From Spirochaetota bacterium (GTDB lineage: Bacteria > Spirochaetota > UBA4802 > UBA5368): DNA of 64,000 nucleotides. The translations under genes and the position numbers were made by a program. The DNA is taken from positions 172,680 through 236,679 of the forward strand of contig SCSX01000036.1 in NCBI GenBank assembly GCA_004297825.1, written 5' to 3'. The notes below the pieces were generated by a model, which saw only the letters and a program-made list of their open reading frames with translations, searched no databases and was not told where the DNA came from. Position 1 is the stretch's first letter, and the number at the start of each line of letters is the position of its first letter. Shown here piece after piece: positions 17,740 through 26,784 of this stretch.

Positions 17740-18252
17740 TTACCCCCAGATCATATGGCCGATCGTGTAGACCAGCGTGATTGCCGCCAGGTGAACCATC
17801 CACCAGCCCATATTGGGATAGCGGTACCACAGGCCCCCGCGCGCCGCTTTCAGGTCGCCGCCGAACATTTCAAGATCGAAGAGCGCCTTTCCGATGAAGA
17901 ACTTCGCCCAGAGAATGAGGATGTCGGGCAATGTAGTCCCGAACACGATTACGTAGAGCGTGACCGGCTGGGGCTCGTGCTGATGCATCAGGTGCGCGAT
18001 CGAGAAATGCGCCATGATTACCGTGCCCAGGATGACCGTAAGGCCGTTCAGCACATAGCCGTAGGATATCGTCTTGCGCGACATGAACAAGGCCGGGATC
18101 ACGAAGATGCTCGCCAAGCCCGAGAAAAATGGAATGTAATTGGCGCTCAGCTTTGCGATATCGTGTATCCGGTAATGAAGACCGAAACCGCCCGCCGCGC
18201 ACACGACCATCCCCGCGAGGAGCAGCCTTTGCAGATTCTGCTTCTGTGTCAT
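17740..18252 (-). CDS. Hypothetical polytopic membrane protein with intramembrane His residues
   Basis: About 5 hydrophobic helices; GGAGGGGG RBS. Confidence 0.75.
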   Translation of the reverse strand: MTQKQNLQRLLLAGMVVCAAGGFGLHYRIHDIAKLSANYIPFFSGLASIFVIPALFMSRKTISYGYVLNGLTVILGTVIMAHFSIAHLMHQHEPQPVTLYVIVFGTTLPDILILWAKFFIGKALFDLEMFGGDLKAARGGLWYRYPNMGWWMVHLAAITLVYTIGHMIWG

Positions 18253-18275
18253 ACCCCCTCCATCGTATTATTTTT

Positions 18276-18443
18276 AACCGCGAATGCACGCGAATAGACG
18301 CGAATGGTCTTGGGAAATTCGCGTTTATTGTTGATCATTCGAGGCCTGATTCGCTCGTTCATCCCCAACAGGCTGTGTTAGTAACCGCGAATAGACGCGA
18401 ACGATCTTTTACAATTCGCGTTCATTGGCGTGCATTCGCGGTT
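18276..18443. repeat. CGCGAAT-type periodic inverted repeat (MITE-like)
   Basis: AACCGCGAATGCACGCGAATAGACGCGAAT (18276-18305) vs ATTCGCGTTCATTGGCGTGCATTCGCGGTT (18414-18443), with internal partial copies at 18317 and 18383. Confidence 0.75.
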
Positions 18444-18457
18444 GCCTTCTTTATCCA

Positions 18458-19075
18458 TTACAGGCAACGCGCTTTTTGCCCGTCCGCCGCCGAGCCCTCG
18501 ACACAGGAAAGGGTTTCCTCGATTCCCGCGACGACGGCCCCGGCGCGCTCCATTTCGCCGACCGCCCGCGCGCCGTCGCCCGGGTTTACGTCGACCGCGC
18601 GCACGGCCTCGCGCACCACTGTTACGCGAAATCCTTCGCGCAGGGCGTCCAGGACCGTGTTCTTCACGCAGTAGTCGGTCGCGAGCCCCGTGACCACGAC
18701 GGAATCGACGTCCTGTTTGCGGAGCCGTTGGGCGAGGTCCGTGCCGCCGAACCCGGAATAGGATTCGGTCTCCCTTTCCATGGCCTTGGAGATGACGGCG
18801 GCCCCCGGGGGTATGTTCAATCCGGGATGAAATTCCGCGCCGCCGGTCCCGGCCACGCAGTGCGGCGGCCAGATGCCTCCCTGCTCCTTGAACGAGCAAT
18901 GGTCCGCCGGGTGCCAGTCGCGCGTGAGGAAGACCGGCATCCCGTCATCCAGGAAGCGCTCGATGAGCCTGTTGGACGGTTCCAGGACCGCGTCGCCCCC
19001 GCTCACCGCCAGGGCGCCCCCGGGGCAGAAATCGTTCTGTATGTCCACGAGTATGAGCGCTTTTTTCTTCTTCAT
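18458..19075 (-). CDS. pncA: Nicotinamidase/pyrazinamidase
   Basis: DIQNDFCPGGALAV, DWHP, WPPHCV, GLATDYCVK. Confidence 0.93.
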   Translation of the reverse strand: MKKKKALILVDIQNDFCPGGALAVSGGDAVLEPSNRLIERFLDDGMPVFLTRDWHPADHCSFKEQGGIWPPHCVAGTGGAEFHPGLNIPPGAAVISKAMERETESYSGFGGTDLAQRLRKQDVDSVVVTGLATDYCVKNTVLDALREGFRVTVVREAVRAVDVNPGDGARAVGEMERAGAVVAGIEETLSCVEGSAADGQKARCL

Positions 19076-19111
19076 GGGTGCCTCCAGGAACTAACGGCCT
19101 TGCGAATTTAT

Positions 19112-19197
19112 TTAACAGGGATATTCAGGATTAACAGGATAGGGTGTCGATATTGAATGAATCCGTTCATCCTGTCTATCCTGTACATCTTTGTTAA
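19112..19197. repeat. Second empty CAGGAT-type MITE (inverted relative to 4085-4170)
   Basis: TTAACAGGGATATTCAGGATTAACAGGAT...ATCCTGTCTATCCTGTACATCTTTGTTAA; its reverse complement aligns end to end with 4085-4170. Confidence 0.78.
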
Positions 19198-19243
19198 TTG
19201 CCTTTTCTTCCATTGTCCTTACCCCGTCATACGCGGTGCATGG

Positions 19244-20455
19244 TCACGCGTTCACCCGCTCGAGGCGCGGGTTGGGACTGAAAGACCGTCCCTCCTTCGC
19301 GCAGTGTCTCCCGGCGACCCGCACGATATCCGCGGTGTAATCGAACTGTCCCCTGACGAGGCAGCTTCCCACGCCGAACACATCCACCGGTGCGCCCATC
19401 TTCACGAACTGCGAAATGCGCTCCGGCGTGAAGCCGCCGGACACGATAATCTTCACGCCGTGGAACCCTTCCCTGTCCAGGGCCTCGCGCGTCATGAAGA
19501 CGAGCTCCGGGACCACGCCCGTGGGCGCGAAGCGCCCCATAACCGGGATGAGCGACCTGTCCACCATGTTCTCGGAGGTGTCCAGGCGCACGCCCCACAG
19601 GCGATCGCCCAGCGCGCGGCAGCACTCGAGCGCCGTGGCAACGCTGTCGTTCGCGAAGTCCACGAGCGCGACCAGGTTCGCCTCCGGGTAGCTCTCGCCG
19701 AACATCCTGACCGCGGTCATCGTGTCTCCCCCCGTCGCGGCGATAAGGGCATGGGGCACCGTTCCCGATCCCTTCGCGCCCCACCACCCCGCCTGCGCGT
19801 CCGTGGAGACGCCGGAGGCGCCGCCAATGTGCGCCGCGTACCCGTCGCCGCCCTGGACGGCCCAGTGGTCGAAGCGCGCCGGGAAATAGAGCACCAGAGC
19901 GCCGTTCGCCGCGCGGACCACGTTGCGCACGTTGGTCGCGATCCTCGTGCGGCGTGCGAGTATGCCCAGGTAAATCGTTTCCAGGTGCGCGAAAAGGCTC
20001 GCGTCGCCCGTTATGTGCATCACGGTTTCCCACGACGCGATCGCATCCCCGTCGTACAGGGCGTTTATCGTAAGCCCGCTAAACCCGTCTTCCCACAGCG
20101 CGTCAAGCTCGCTCGATATCTCGATCTTTTTTCGCACGACCTCCATGTAGGCGTCCTTGTCCGGGAGGAAGAGCGCGCGGCCCGTCTGTTTGAGCTCCAT
20201 GAGCCGGTCGAAGAGCATGTATGCCTTCGCATAATCGGTGTAGCGGCCGCTCGCGAGCTTGAGCACCGCGATCGCCTCGTCGATGCCGCACAGCACCGCG
20301 TCCTTCTTCTGGAAGACCTGCATGGTCACCTCGGGTCGCAGCCCGTGCTCCTCCAGGGTGATCTTTTCCCGCCAGAAGTAGATATCGCTCAGGTAGCCGC
20401 GCCGCAGCTCCTGCGCCGGGAGATCGAACAGGTGGCTTTCCAGGCGTTTTTTCAT
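19244..20455 (-). CDS. pncB: Nicotinate phosphoribosyltransferase
   Basis: SDIYF, GTVPHAL, LVDF, GVRLDTS, IVSGG, FGVGS; adjacent to pncA. Confidence 0.85.
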   Translation of the reverse strand: MKKRLESHLFDLPAQELRRGYLSDIYFWREKITLEEHGLRPEVTMQVFQKKDAVLCGIDEAIAVLKLASGRYTDYAKAYMLFDRLMELKQTGRALFLPDKDAYMEVVRKKIEISSELDALWEDGFSGLTINALYDGDAIASWETVMHITGDASLFAHLETIYLGILARRTRIATNVRNVVRAANGALVLYFPARFDHWAVQGGDGYAAHIGGASGVSTDAQAGWWGAKGSGTVPHALIAATGGDTMTAVRMFGESYPEANLVALVDFANDSVATALECCRALGDRLWGVRLDTSENMVDRSLIPVMGRFAPTGVVPELVFMTREALDREGFHGVKIIVSGGFTPERISQFVKMGAPVDVFGVGSCLVRGQFDYTADIVRVAGRHCAKEGRSFSPNPRLERVNA

Positions 20456-20595
20456 TTCGTGCGCTCTCCTGCCGCAGACCCGCGTATCGGCCGCGTGCAC
20501 CTAATATACAAAAAATCGGGACGCCTATCACTGCGGGCGCTCAGAAATGCCCGGTGACGCGATCGCACTGCCGGGATGCGGACAGGACCCTTTTC

Positions 20596-20781
20596 TCAGG
20601 AGATCGTGATGGCCTCGACGGGGCAGTCCTCGGCGGCCTGCCGCGCGAGGGTTTCGTGCTCCTCCGGGACCGGGTTCGCATAGGCGACCGCGACGTCGCC
20701 CTCCATCCGGAATACCTCCGGGCATGTCTGCGCGCAGAGCTCGCACCCGGTACACGTGTCCTTGTCGACCGTCGCCTTCAT
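20596..20781 (-). CDS. Single-cluster ferredoxin
   Basis: CTGCELCAQTCPEVF...DCPVEAI; GGAGG RBS. Confidence 0.9.
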   Translation of the reverse strand: MKATVDKDTCTGCELCAQTCPEVFRMEGDVAVAYANPVPEEHETLARQAAEDCPVEAITIS

Positions 20782-20893
20782 GAGAACCTCCGTTGAAAAT
20801 GTATTCCTGGAACCATTTAAGTGCCCGCGTTCACGGCCCGGACGGGCGCCGATTCGCGGGGTCCCGGTTCCGCGGCACCCAGGAAGGGCCGTG

Positions 20894-21505
20894 CTAGCGC
20901 GAAAGCTTGAGCGCGATCTCCGCCACCCGTTTCCCCTGGAACCGGGCTGCCGCAAGCTCATTCTCGCTGGGGAGCCGCTCGCCCCGACCGCCGGCTATGG
21001 TGCTCGCCCCGTACGGGGAGCCGCCGGTGATCTCGTCGATGCGCATCTGTCCCTTGAAAGAATACGGCAGTCCCACGATCACCATGCCGAAATGGAGCAG
21101 GTTCACGTGGAAGCCCAGGATCGTGGATTCCTGCCCGCCGTGCTGCGTCGCCGAGCTCGTAAACACGCTGCCCACGCGGCCCTCGAGTACGCCCTTGTCC
21201 CACAGCGCGCCGGTCGAGTCCAGGAAGGAGCGCATCTGCCCAATCATGTTCCCGTAGCGCGTGGGGGTTCCAAAAATTATCGCGTCCGCTTGTTCCAGGT
21301 CGTCGAGCGTGGCGACGGGAACATGCGCGTAGACCTTCGAGGCCGCCTCGATCCCGGTCTTTTTCAGCAGCTCGGGCGACAGGGTTTCGGGCACCCTTTT
21401 TAAAATCGCCTCGGCGCCGGGGACCTCGCGCACCCCCTGCGCGACCGCCTCGGCCATGCGATAGATATGCCCATAGGCCGAGTAAAACAGTATCAGCACC
21501 TTCAT
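20894..21505 (-). CDS. wrbA: NAD(P)H:quinone oxidoreductase WrbA
   Basis: [32 protein letters not shown]. Confidence 0.95.
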   Translation of the reverse strand: MKVLILFYSAYGHIYRMAEAVAQGVREVPGAEAILKRVPETLSPELLKKTGIEAASKVYAHVPVATLDDLEQADAIIFGTPTRYGNMIGQMRSFLDSTGALWDKGVLEGRVGSVFTSSATQHGGQESTILGFHVNLLHFGMVIVGLPYSFKGQMRIDEITGGSPYGASTIAGGRGERLPSENELAAARFQGKRVAEIALKLSR

Positions 21506-21867
21506 TGAAGTTCCTCGCTTATTTGCTGTGAAAGATGTGGATGAAACATACAGAGGGCATTGGCCAGAGTCAATTTCCGGCCGGTCGCGATGAGGGCTTC
21601 GAGAATCGCCGGGTAGGGGATATATGGTCAATAACCGTTTGACATTTGGATTTTCCGATAGTATCTTCATTTCATCACGCATGGAAAACGTATGGGCTTT
21701 CGCTTCGCGAAGGCTCATATAATTATGTCCGCATCAGGATTCGGTATGAAAGCGGTGCATTTCAACTTCTTCGAATGCCGGGGCGTGCCATGCGATTCCA
21801 GGATGCACCCGTGCCTTCACCGCACGGGAAAACTCAAAACAAGATGTACAGAACCAAAGGAGGAGAA

Positions 21868-22458
21868 ATGGCAATTACGCTTCCAAACCTGCCTTATGAA
21901 ATGAACGCGTTAGAGCCCTATATCAGCGCGAGGACGCTCGAGTTCCACCACGGCAAACATCATAATGCATACGTAACGAACCTCGGGAAGCTCATCGCGG
22001 GCACGGATCTCGAGACAATGAATCTCGAGGACATCATAAAGAAAAGCGCAGGCGACGCGGCCCGGGCGGGCATCTTCAATAATTCCGCCCAGGTGTGGAA
22101 CCACTCATTCTACTGGAAGTGCATGAAGAAAGGCGGCGGCGGAAAGCCCGCGGGAAAAATCGGGGGCATGATCGACAAGGCGTTTGGCGGGTTCGACAAG
22201 TTCGTCGAAGAGATGAAGAACGCCGCGGTCACCCAGTTCGGAAGCGGATGGGCCTGGCTGGTGGAGGAGGGCGGGGCCCTCAAGATCATGAAGACCGGGA
22301 ACGCCGACCTTCCCCTCGTGCACGGGGCGAAGGCGCTCCTCACGATCGACGTATGGGAACACGCTTATTACCTGGACTACCAGAACCGCAGGCCCGATTA
22401 CGCGGCGGCGTTTATGGAGCACCTCGTGAACTGGGAGTTTGTGGAGTCCTGCCTGTAG
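21868..22458 (+). CDS. sodB: Fe superoxide dismutase
   Basis: HHGKHH, FNNSAQVWNH (AQ, Fe-type), FGSGWAWL, DVWEHAYY; AAGGAGG RBS. Confidence 0.95.
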   Translation: MAITLPNLPYEMNALEPYISARTLEFHHGKHHNAYVTNLGKLIAGTDLETMNLEDIIKKSAGDAARAGIFNNSAQVWNHSFYWKCMKKGGGGKPAGKIGGMIDKAFGGFDKFVEEMKNAAVTQFGSGWAWLVEEGGALKIMKTGNADLPLVHGAKALLTIDVWEHAYYLDYQNRRPDYAAAFMEHLVNWEFVESCL

Positions 22459-22520
22459 TAAGAATCTGCCGCCGGGGGGCCGCGGGTAAACCGCGCTCCC
22501 GGCAGCAACAATCCCCTACC

Positions 22521-22799
22521 TCACCCGGATCCACCGGCCTTGATTCCCGGACGTGAGCCCGCGGCGCCGGCCGGCTCATAGGAAATGGCCGCGACGGGAC
22601 ATGAATCGATCACGAGCTCGCAGTCGCAGATAGCGCAGGCCTCCGTGTTCCGGGCCACCGCGCGCCTCTCCGTAAGCGCGAACACCTTCGGCTTGATGAG
22701 CCAGACCTTTTCCTCCCTGAGCTCGAACACCTTCGGGCAGATCTCCACACACAATCCGCAGCCGATGCAAAGATCAGGATCAATAATCAACGAATGCAT
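22521..22799 (-). CDS. Ferredoxin
   Basis: CIGCGLCVEICPKVF...SCPVAAI. Confidence 0.8.
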   Translation of the reverse strand: MHSLIIDPDLCIGCGLCVEICPKVFELREEKVWLIKPKVFALTERRAVARNTEACAICDCELVIDSCPVAAISYEPAGAAGSRPGIKAGGSG

Positions 22800-22905
22800 A
22801 CGTGTTTCCTCGCTCCCGAAAGCTATTTTTTGCGGTTACGCGACGCTACCCGGCGCTTCTCGCGTCATGATGATGCCCCGATGCATCTTTAAGATAACGA
22901 AACAA

Positions 22906-23913
22906 TCACCCGGTTTCCATTCCGATTTTTTCACGGGCCTCCCCGAAGCTGAGCAGGGTGCCGGTAGCCTCGTCCCACAGGTGGTAGCGCAGCGACCTGA
23001 AGCTCCTGAACAGGGTGATCGGGATCGTGTAATGCAGGTCGGGCACCTCGTCGTAGCACTTCTTGAGCCTGTAACAGGGGATCCTGGGTTTCGCGTGGTG
23101 AATGTTATGGTAGCCGATATTTCCCGAGAACCAGCGCAGCACCGCGGGGAGATTGTAGAACGAGCTCCCGTTCATGGCGGCGCTGATCAGGTCCCATTCC
23201 CCCTGGTGCGCCCAGTACACCTCCCTGAACTGGTGCTGGATGAAAAAAAGCCACATGCCGGTCGAGGTCGCGAGAACCAGGATGGGCATCTGGATCGCGA
23301 AATAGGTTCCGATACCGATCGTGAAGTACGAAGCGATCATGATGGCCGCGAGCACCACGTTGGTGAAAGCGATGCTGAAATAATCCTTGCGCCGGGTGCT
23401 CTTCTGCGGAAAGCGATACATGATGAAAAACAGGAATATGGGGGCGATCACGAAGAGAAACCAGGGATTCCTGAAAAACCGGTAGAGCAGCCTGTACCGG
23501 GGCGCCGATACGCGGTATTCCGCCAGGGTCATGGTCCACACGTCGCCGATGCCGCGCTTGTCGAGATTCGAAACGTTCGCGTGGTGAATGCCGTGGTTCC
23601 GCTGCCAGTCGAAAAACGGCGTGAAGGTGAATACGCCGCACACGTGGCCCAGGATGAAACAGGCGTACTTGGATTTCATGAACGACATGTGGGAACAGTC
23701 GTGCAGTATCATGAACGTGCGAATGTAAAAGCCCGTGGCCAGGACCGCCATGAGCAGCACCGTCCAGTACGGGTACCCCGCATCGAGCACAAAGTACATG
23801 AGCGCCAGCATCGCCAGGTAGGGGACCACTGATGTGCAGATATAAAGGAGCGATCGGCTGATATCGGCGTATGCGTACGGCTGCAATTTATCGAACCAGT
23901 CAGGTCTCTTCAT
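22906..23913 (-). CDS. Fatty acid desaturase
   Basis: His boxes HDCSH, HGIHH, HNIHH. Confidence 0.92.
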   Translation of the reverse strand: MKRPDWFDKLQPYAYADISRSLLYICTSVVPYLAMLALMYFVLDAGYPYWTVLLMAVLATGFYIRTFMILHDCSHMSFMKSKYACFILGHVCGVFTFTPFFDWQRNHGIHHANVSNLDKRGIGDVWTMTLAEYRVSAPRYRLLYRFFRNPWFLFVIAPIFLFFIMYRFPQKSTRRKDYFSIAFTNVVLAAIMIASYFTIGIGTYFAIQMPILVLATSTGMWLFFIQHQFREVYWAHQGEWDLISAAMNGSSFYNLPAVLRWFSGNIGYHNIHHAKPRIPCYRLKKCYDEVPDLHYTIPITLFRSFRSLRYHLWDEATGTLLSFGEAREKIGMETG

Positions 23914-24350
23914 GGCATATTTCCCGAATCGTTAAAGGTGCTGGAATTATAAACGGGCCTGCATATAATAAAATACATTTTTCTCGGACCGTCTACTACG
24001 CGAACCGATGCGGGCAAGGGCGGGATGACGCGGGCCGTACCGAGCGGATTGGGGGTGTACCCTGGGAAATGGCGCTTTTTTCAAGCGCGACGCGGGGGAA
24101 GCACGGTTCGATAAGGACGTAGCGAAATTGCATATTAGAATCTCGAATCAGCAGACAGGTTCCCGATTTGGTGTTGACCGTTGGAATTGCATCGGTTATG
24201 GCAGTCAAGCACGGGAGGCGGACGGGCGGTATCGGCGCGTACGCGCCATGATCCTGTCCCGGCGATTCGACCGTTATGCGATAATTAGGGCGGCGCGGGT
24301 GTTCCGTTTCAGGGCCGGTGAAAGGACGCGCGAACCCGGGGAGGCATGAA

Positions 24351-24785
24351 ATGACGAGGACCGAAAAAGCGCTCGCGATGTTCAAAAACGGATCCGCCTG
24401 TTCGCAGGCGATTCTCGCGGCCTTCGGCCCGGGACTGGGGCTGGGGGAGGCCCTCGCGCACAGGCTCGCGACGGGGCTGGGCGCGGGCCTGGGGCGCAAG
24501 CAGTACGTGTGCGGGGCGATCAGCGCGGGGGTGCTGGTGCTGGGACTTAAATACGGCAATGAGCGCCCGGAGGAGGGCGTGATCAAAGAGGAGGCGTACA
24601 CGATCACGCGTGAGTTTATCGACGCCCTGGAGTGCGAGCTGGGCAGCTCCTCGTGCAGGGAGCTCCTGGGCGCGCCGATACTCACCGACGAAGAACGCAA
24701 GGCCGCGCGGGAGCGCGGCCTGTTCGACACGATCTGCCCGCGGTGCGTGGAGGCCGTGGCGAGAAGGCTCGAAGGCCTGGTGTAG
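24351..24785 (+). CDS. C-GCAxxG-C-C family putative redox protein
   Basis: CSQA...CGAISAG...SCRELL...ICP. Confidence 0.85.
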   Translation: MTRTEKALAMFKNGSACSQAILAAFGPGLGLGEALAHRLATGLGAGLGRKQYVCGAISAGVLVLGLKYGNERPEEGVIKEEAYTITREFIDALECELGSSSCRELLGAPILTDEERKAARERGLFDTICPRCVEAVARRLEGLV

Positions 24786-24904
24786 GAGCGTCGTGCGTTT
24801 TTTACGGGAGGCCGCACGCGTCCTTCGATCCGGGGCGAGCTCCGTTTTCACCGCGCGGCCGGGTCGCGGGTGTGCCGCAGGTCGTTGACCTTCGAGGAAT
24901 GCCG

Positions 24905-25768
24905 ATGAGAATAATCTCCATCCTTCTAATAATTCTCGCGACCCTGTGCGCACCGCTCGGTGCGCTCCCTGCAGAAACTGACGGTGTTCAGCCGGAAAAA
25001 ACCGATACGCGAAGCCCGGGCATCTTCGACAACCTGGGGGGCAACATTTACGATTCGTTTATCGGACCCCTTGGGCTTCTGCATCTCGCCGCGATCCCCT
25101 CCACGTATGCGCTCTCCCAGTACGGGACGGATTACCGTGTGCAGAAATATTTCGAGGAGCATGACCGGCTGGGGGCGCTCTACGAACCGGCCGCGTATAT
25201 CGGGTATCTCCTGCCCGTCGTCGTGGCGGGACCCCTCTATCTCCACGGCAGAATCGCGGGCGACAACGAAACGTTGGGCGCGGGGTGCGCGGCGGCGCAG
25301 GCGATGCTCGTCGCGGTTTCGTACACGACGATCCTGAAAGGGCTCACAGGGCGTCCGCACCCGGATGCGTACTACGAAGGCGACCGGCACGCCTACGCCC
25401 GGGAGTTCAATATCGGGCTCGCGCGCGGGAGCCTGCACTGGGGATGGCCCTCCGGCCACACCTGCGTGACCATGGCGACGGCGACCGCGCTCACCGCGTA
25501 CTATCCCGGCAACCCCTGGGTCGCGGCGGGCGGGTATTCGCTCACCGCGTACATGATGGTGGGTATGCTCGGGGCGCACAGGAGCTCAGCGCACTGGTTT
25601 TCGGACATCGTCGCGGGCGCGCTCATGGGCGTGCCCATCGGCTGGACAATAGGAAAATACTACCGGCGCGCGGTGAATGGGCTTGAGGAGCCGGGCGCCG
25701 CCCGCACTGAAGTCATGCCGATCGTCGCGCCGGGGTTTGCGGGGATGGCGGGGATGTGCAGGTTGTAA
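24905..25768 (+). CDS. PAP2 family phosphatase
   Basis: Signal peptide; K..TGRPHP, PSGH, HWFSDIVAG. Confidence 0.85.
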   Translation: MRIISILLIILATLCAPLGALPAETDGVQPEKTDTRSPGIFDNLGGNIYDSFIGPLGLLHLAAIPSTYALSQYGTDYRVQKYFEEHDRLGALYEPAAYIGYLLPVVVAGPLYLHGRIAGDNETLGAGCAAAQAMLVAVSYTTILKGLTGRPHPDAYYEGDRHAYAREFNIGLARGSLHWGWPSGHTCVTMATATALTAYYPGNPWVAAGGYSLTAYMMVGMLGAHRSSAHWFSDIVAGALMGVPIGWTIGKYYRRAVNGLEEPGAARTEVMPIVAPGFAGMAGMCRL

Positions 25769-25774
25769 TTTTCT

Positions 25775-25855
25775 AATTTTGCCGGGAAGGCATGGTACAG
25801 GATTTGGCGGGAATGCTCGCTCTACAAGGGATATTTCCGGCCTGTGAAAAGGGGG
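25775..25855 (+). repeat. Dispersed block A, copy 1 (coding-like remnant NFAGKAWYRIWRECSLYKGYFRPVKRG)
   Basis: Aligns without gaps to 53157-53237. Confidence 0.8.
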
Positions 25856-25998
25856 CGGGGGGATTCGCATCCTCCTTTTAAAAGTGCTCCTGATGACCCT
25901 CATGAAGATCGGCCCCCCGTTATCCGGAGCAGATGATGGTTGACAATCTGTACCGAATACAATAATTTTGTATGAGCAACTAAAGGAGTATTACGACC

Positions 25999-26187
25999 AT
26001 GGGTACGGCGTTAAAGAAAGAAGACGCAAAATCATCAATAGGCAACCTGCCGGAAAACGCGACGTGGGAAGACCTCATGTATGAAATATATGTCCGCGAA
26101 GCGGTCGAGGCGGGCCTCGAAGACAGTAAGGCCGGGCGTCTTACCGAGGTCGGAGAGCTTCGAAAGGAATTCGGATTGCCCAAGTGA
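25999..26187 (+). CDS. Putative antitoxin of a ParE/RelE-type TA pair
   Basis: LPENATWEDLMYEIYV..VEAGLEDSKAGR; AAGGAG RBS; GTGA overlap with the toxin. Confidence 0.82.
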   Translation: MGTALKKEDAKSSIGNLPENATWEDLMYEIYVREAVEAGLEDSKAGRLTEVGELRKEFGLPK

Positions 26188-26467
26188 AGGTTTACTGGAC
26201 CGATTCGGCAAGAACCCACCTTCACGGAATAAAGGATTATATTTCCCGCCATTCAGAAACTTATTCGAAAAGGGTGATCGACAGGCTTCTCCGGCGATCG
26301 GAGCAGATAAGCGCGTTTCCCATGTCCGGGAGAATCGTTCCAGAATTCAGAAACGATCAGATCCGGGAGGTCATAGAAGGCCCGTATGAATCATCTATTA
26401 CATTAAGGCTGACAGCATAGAGGTTCTCGCCGTGGTGCACGGATCTAGAAATGTTCTGAGCGGATAA
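26184..26467 (+). pseudogene. ParE/RelE family toxin with 1-nt frameshift
   Basis: MKVYWTDSARTHL...FPMSGRIVPE...IREVIEGPY; restoring 1 nt near 26388 gives RIIYYIKADSIEVLAVVHGSRN, the canonical ParE C-terminus. Confidence 0.82.
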
Positions 26468-26546
26468 ATCCCCCGGCGCTCCGCGCCCGCCCCCTTTGGT
26501 AAAGGGGACTCCAGGTTCGGAGCGGGTTGCCGATAAGCAAGGTTGT

Positions 26547-26656
26547 AAATTTTAAGCCTCTCCCCGAGGGCTTTTGGACCGGGAGTAATGACTTTTTCGT
26601 GGAGGATGCTTCCGATATTGACCTTATGTTGGGGAGCTTTTCCCGGGAAGAGGACG
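26547..26656 (+). repeat. Dispersed block B, copy 1
   Basis: AAATTTTAAGCCTCT...GGGCTTTT...CCGGGA...CTTCCGA...TTATGTTGG..AGCT...GAGGACG shared with 54546-54656 and partly with 53371-53450. Confidence 0.7.
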
Positions 26657-26784
26657 TAAAAATAGGTAGTACCTTCCCACCCAGACTGAGCCCGCGGAAC
26701 CCGATTTGCTGGTTGACCGGAGCGCCGATGGCATTATAATCGACCTGCCTTCATTATAGTATAAAAACACCAAGGGGAGGAATC

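Noticed and set aside
21506..21867. Fur/PerR box in the wrbA-sodB divergent region
   Set aside because: Only weak partial matches; no convincing palindrome.
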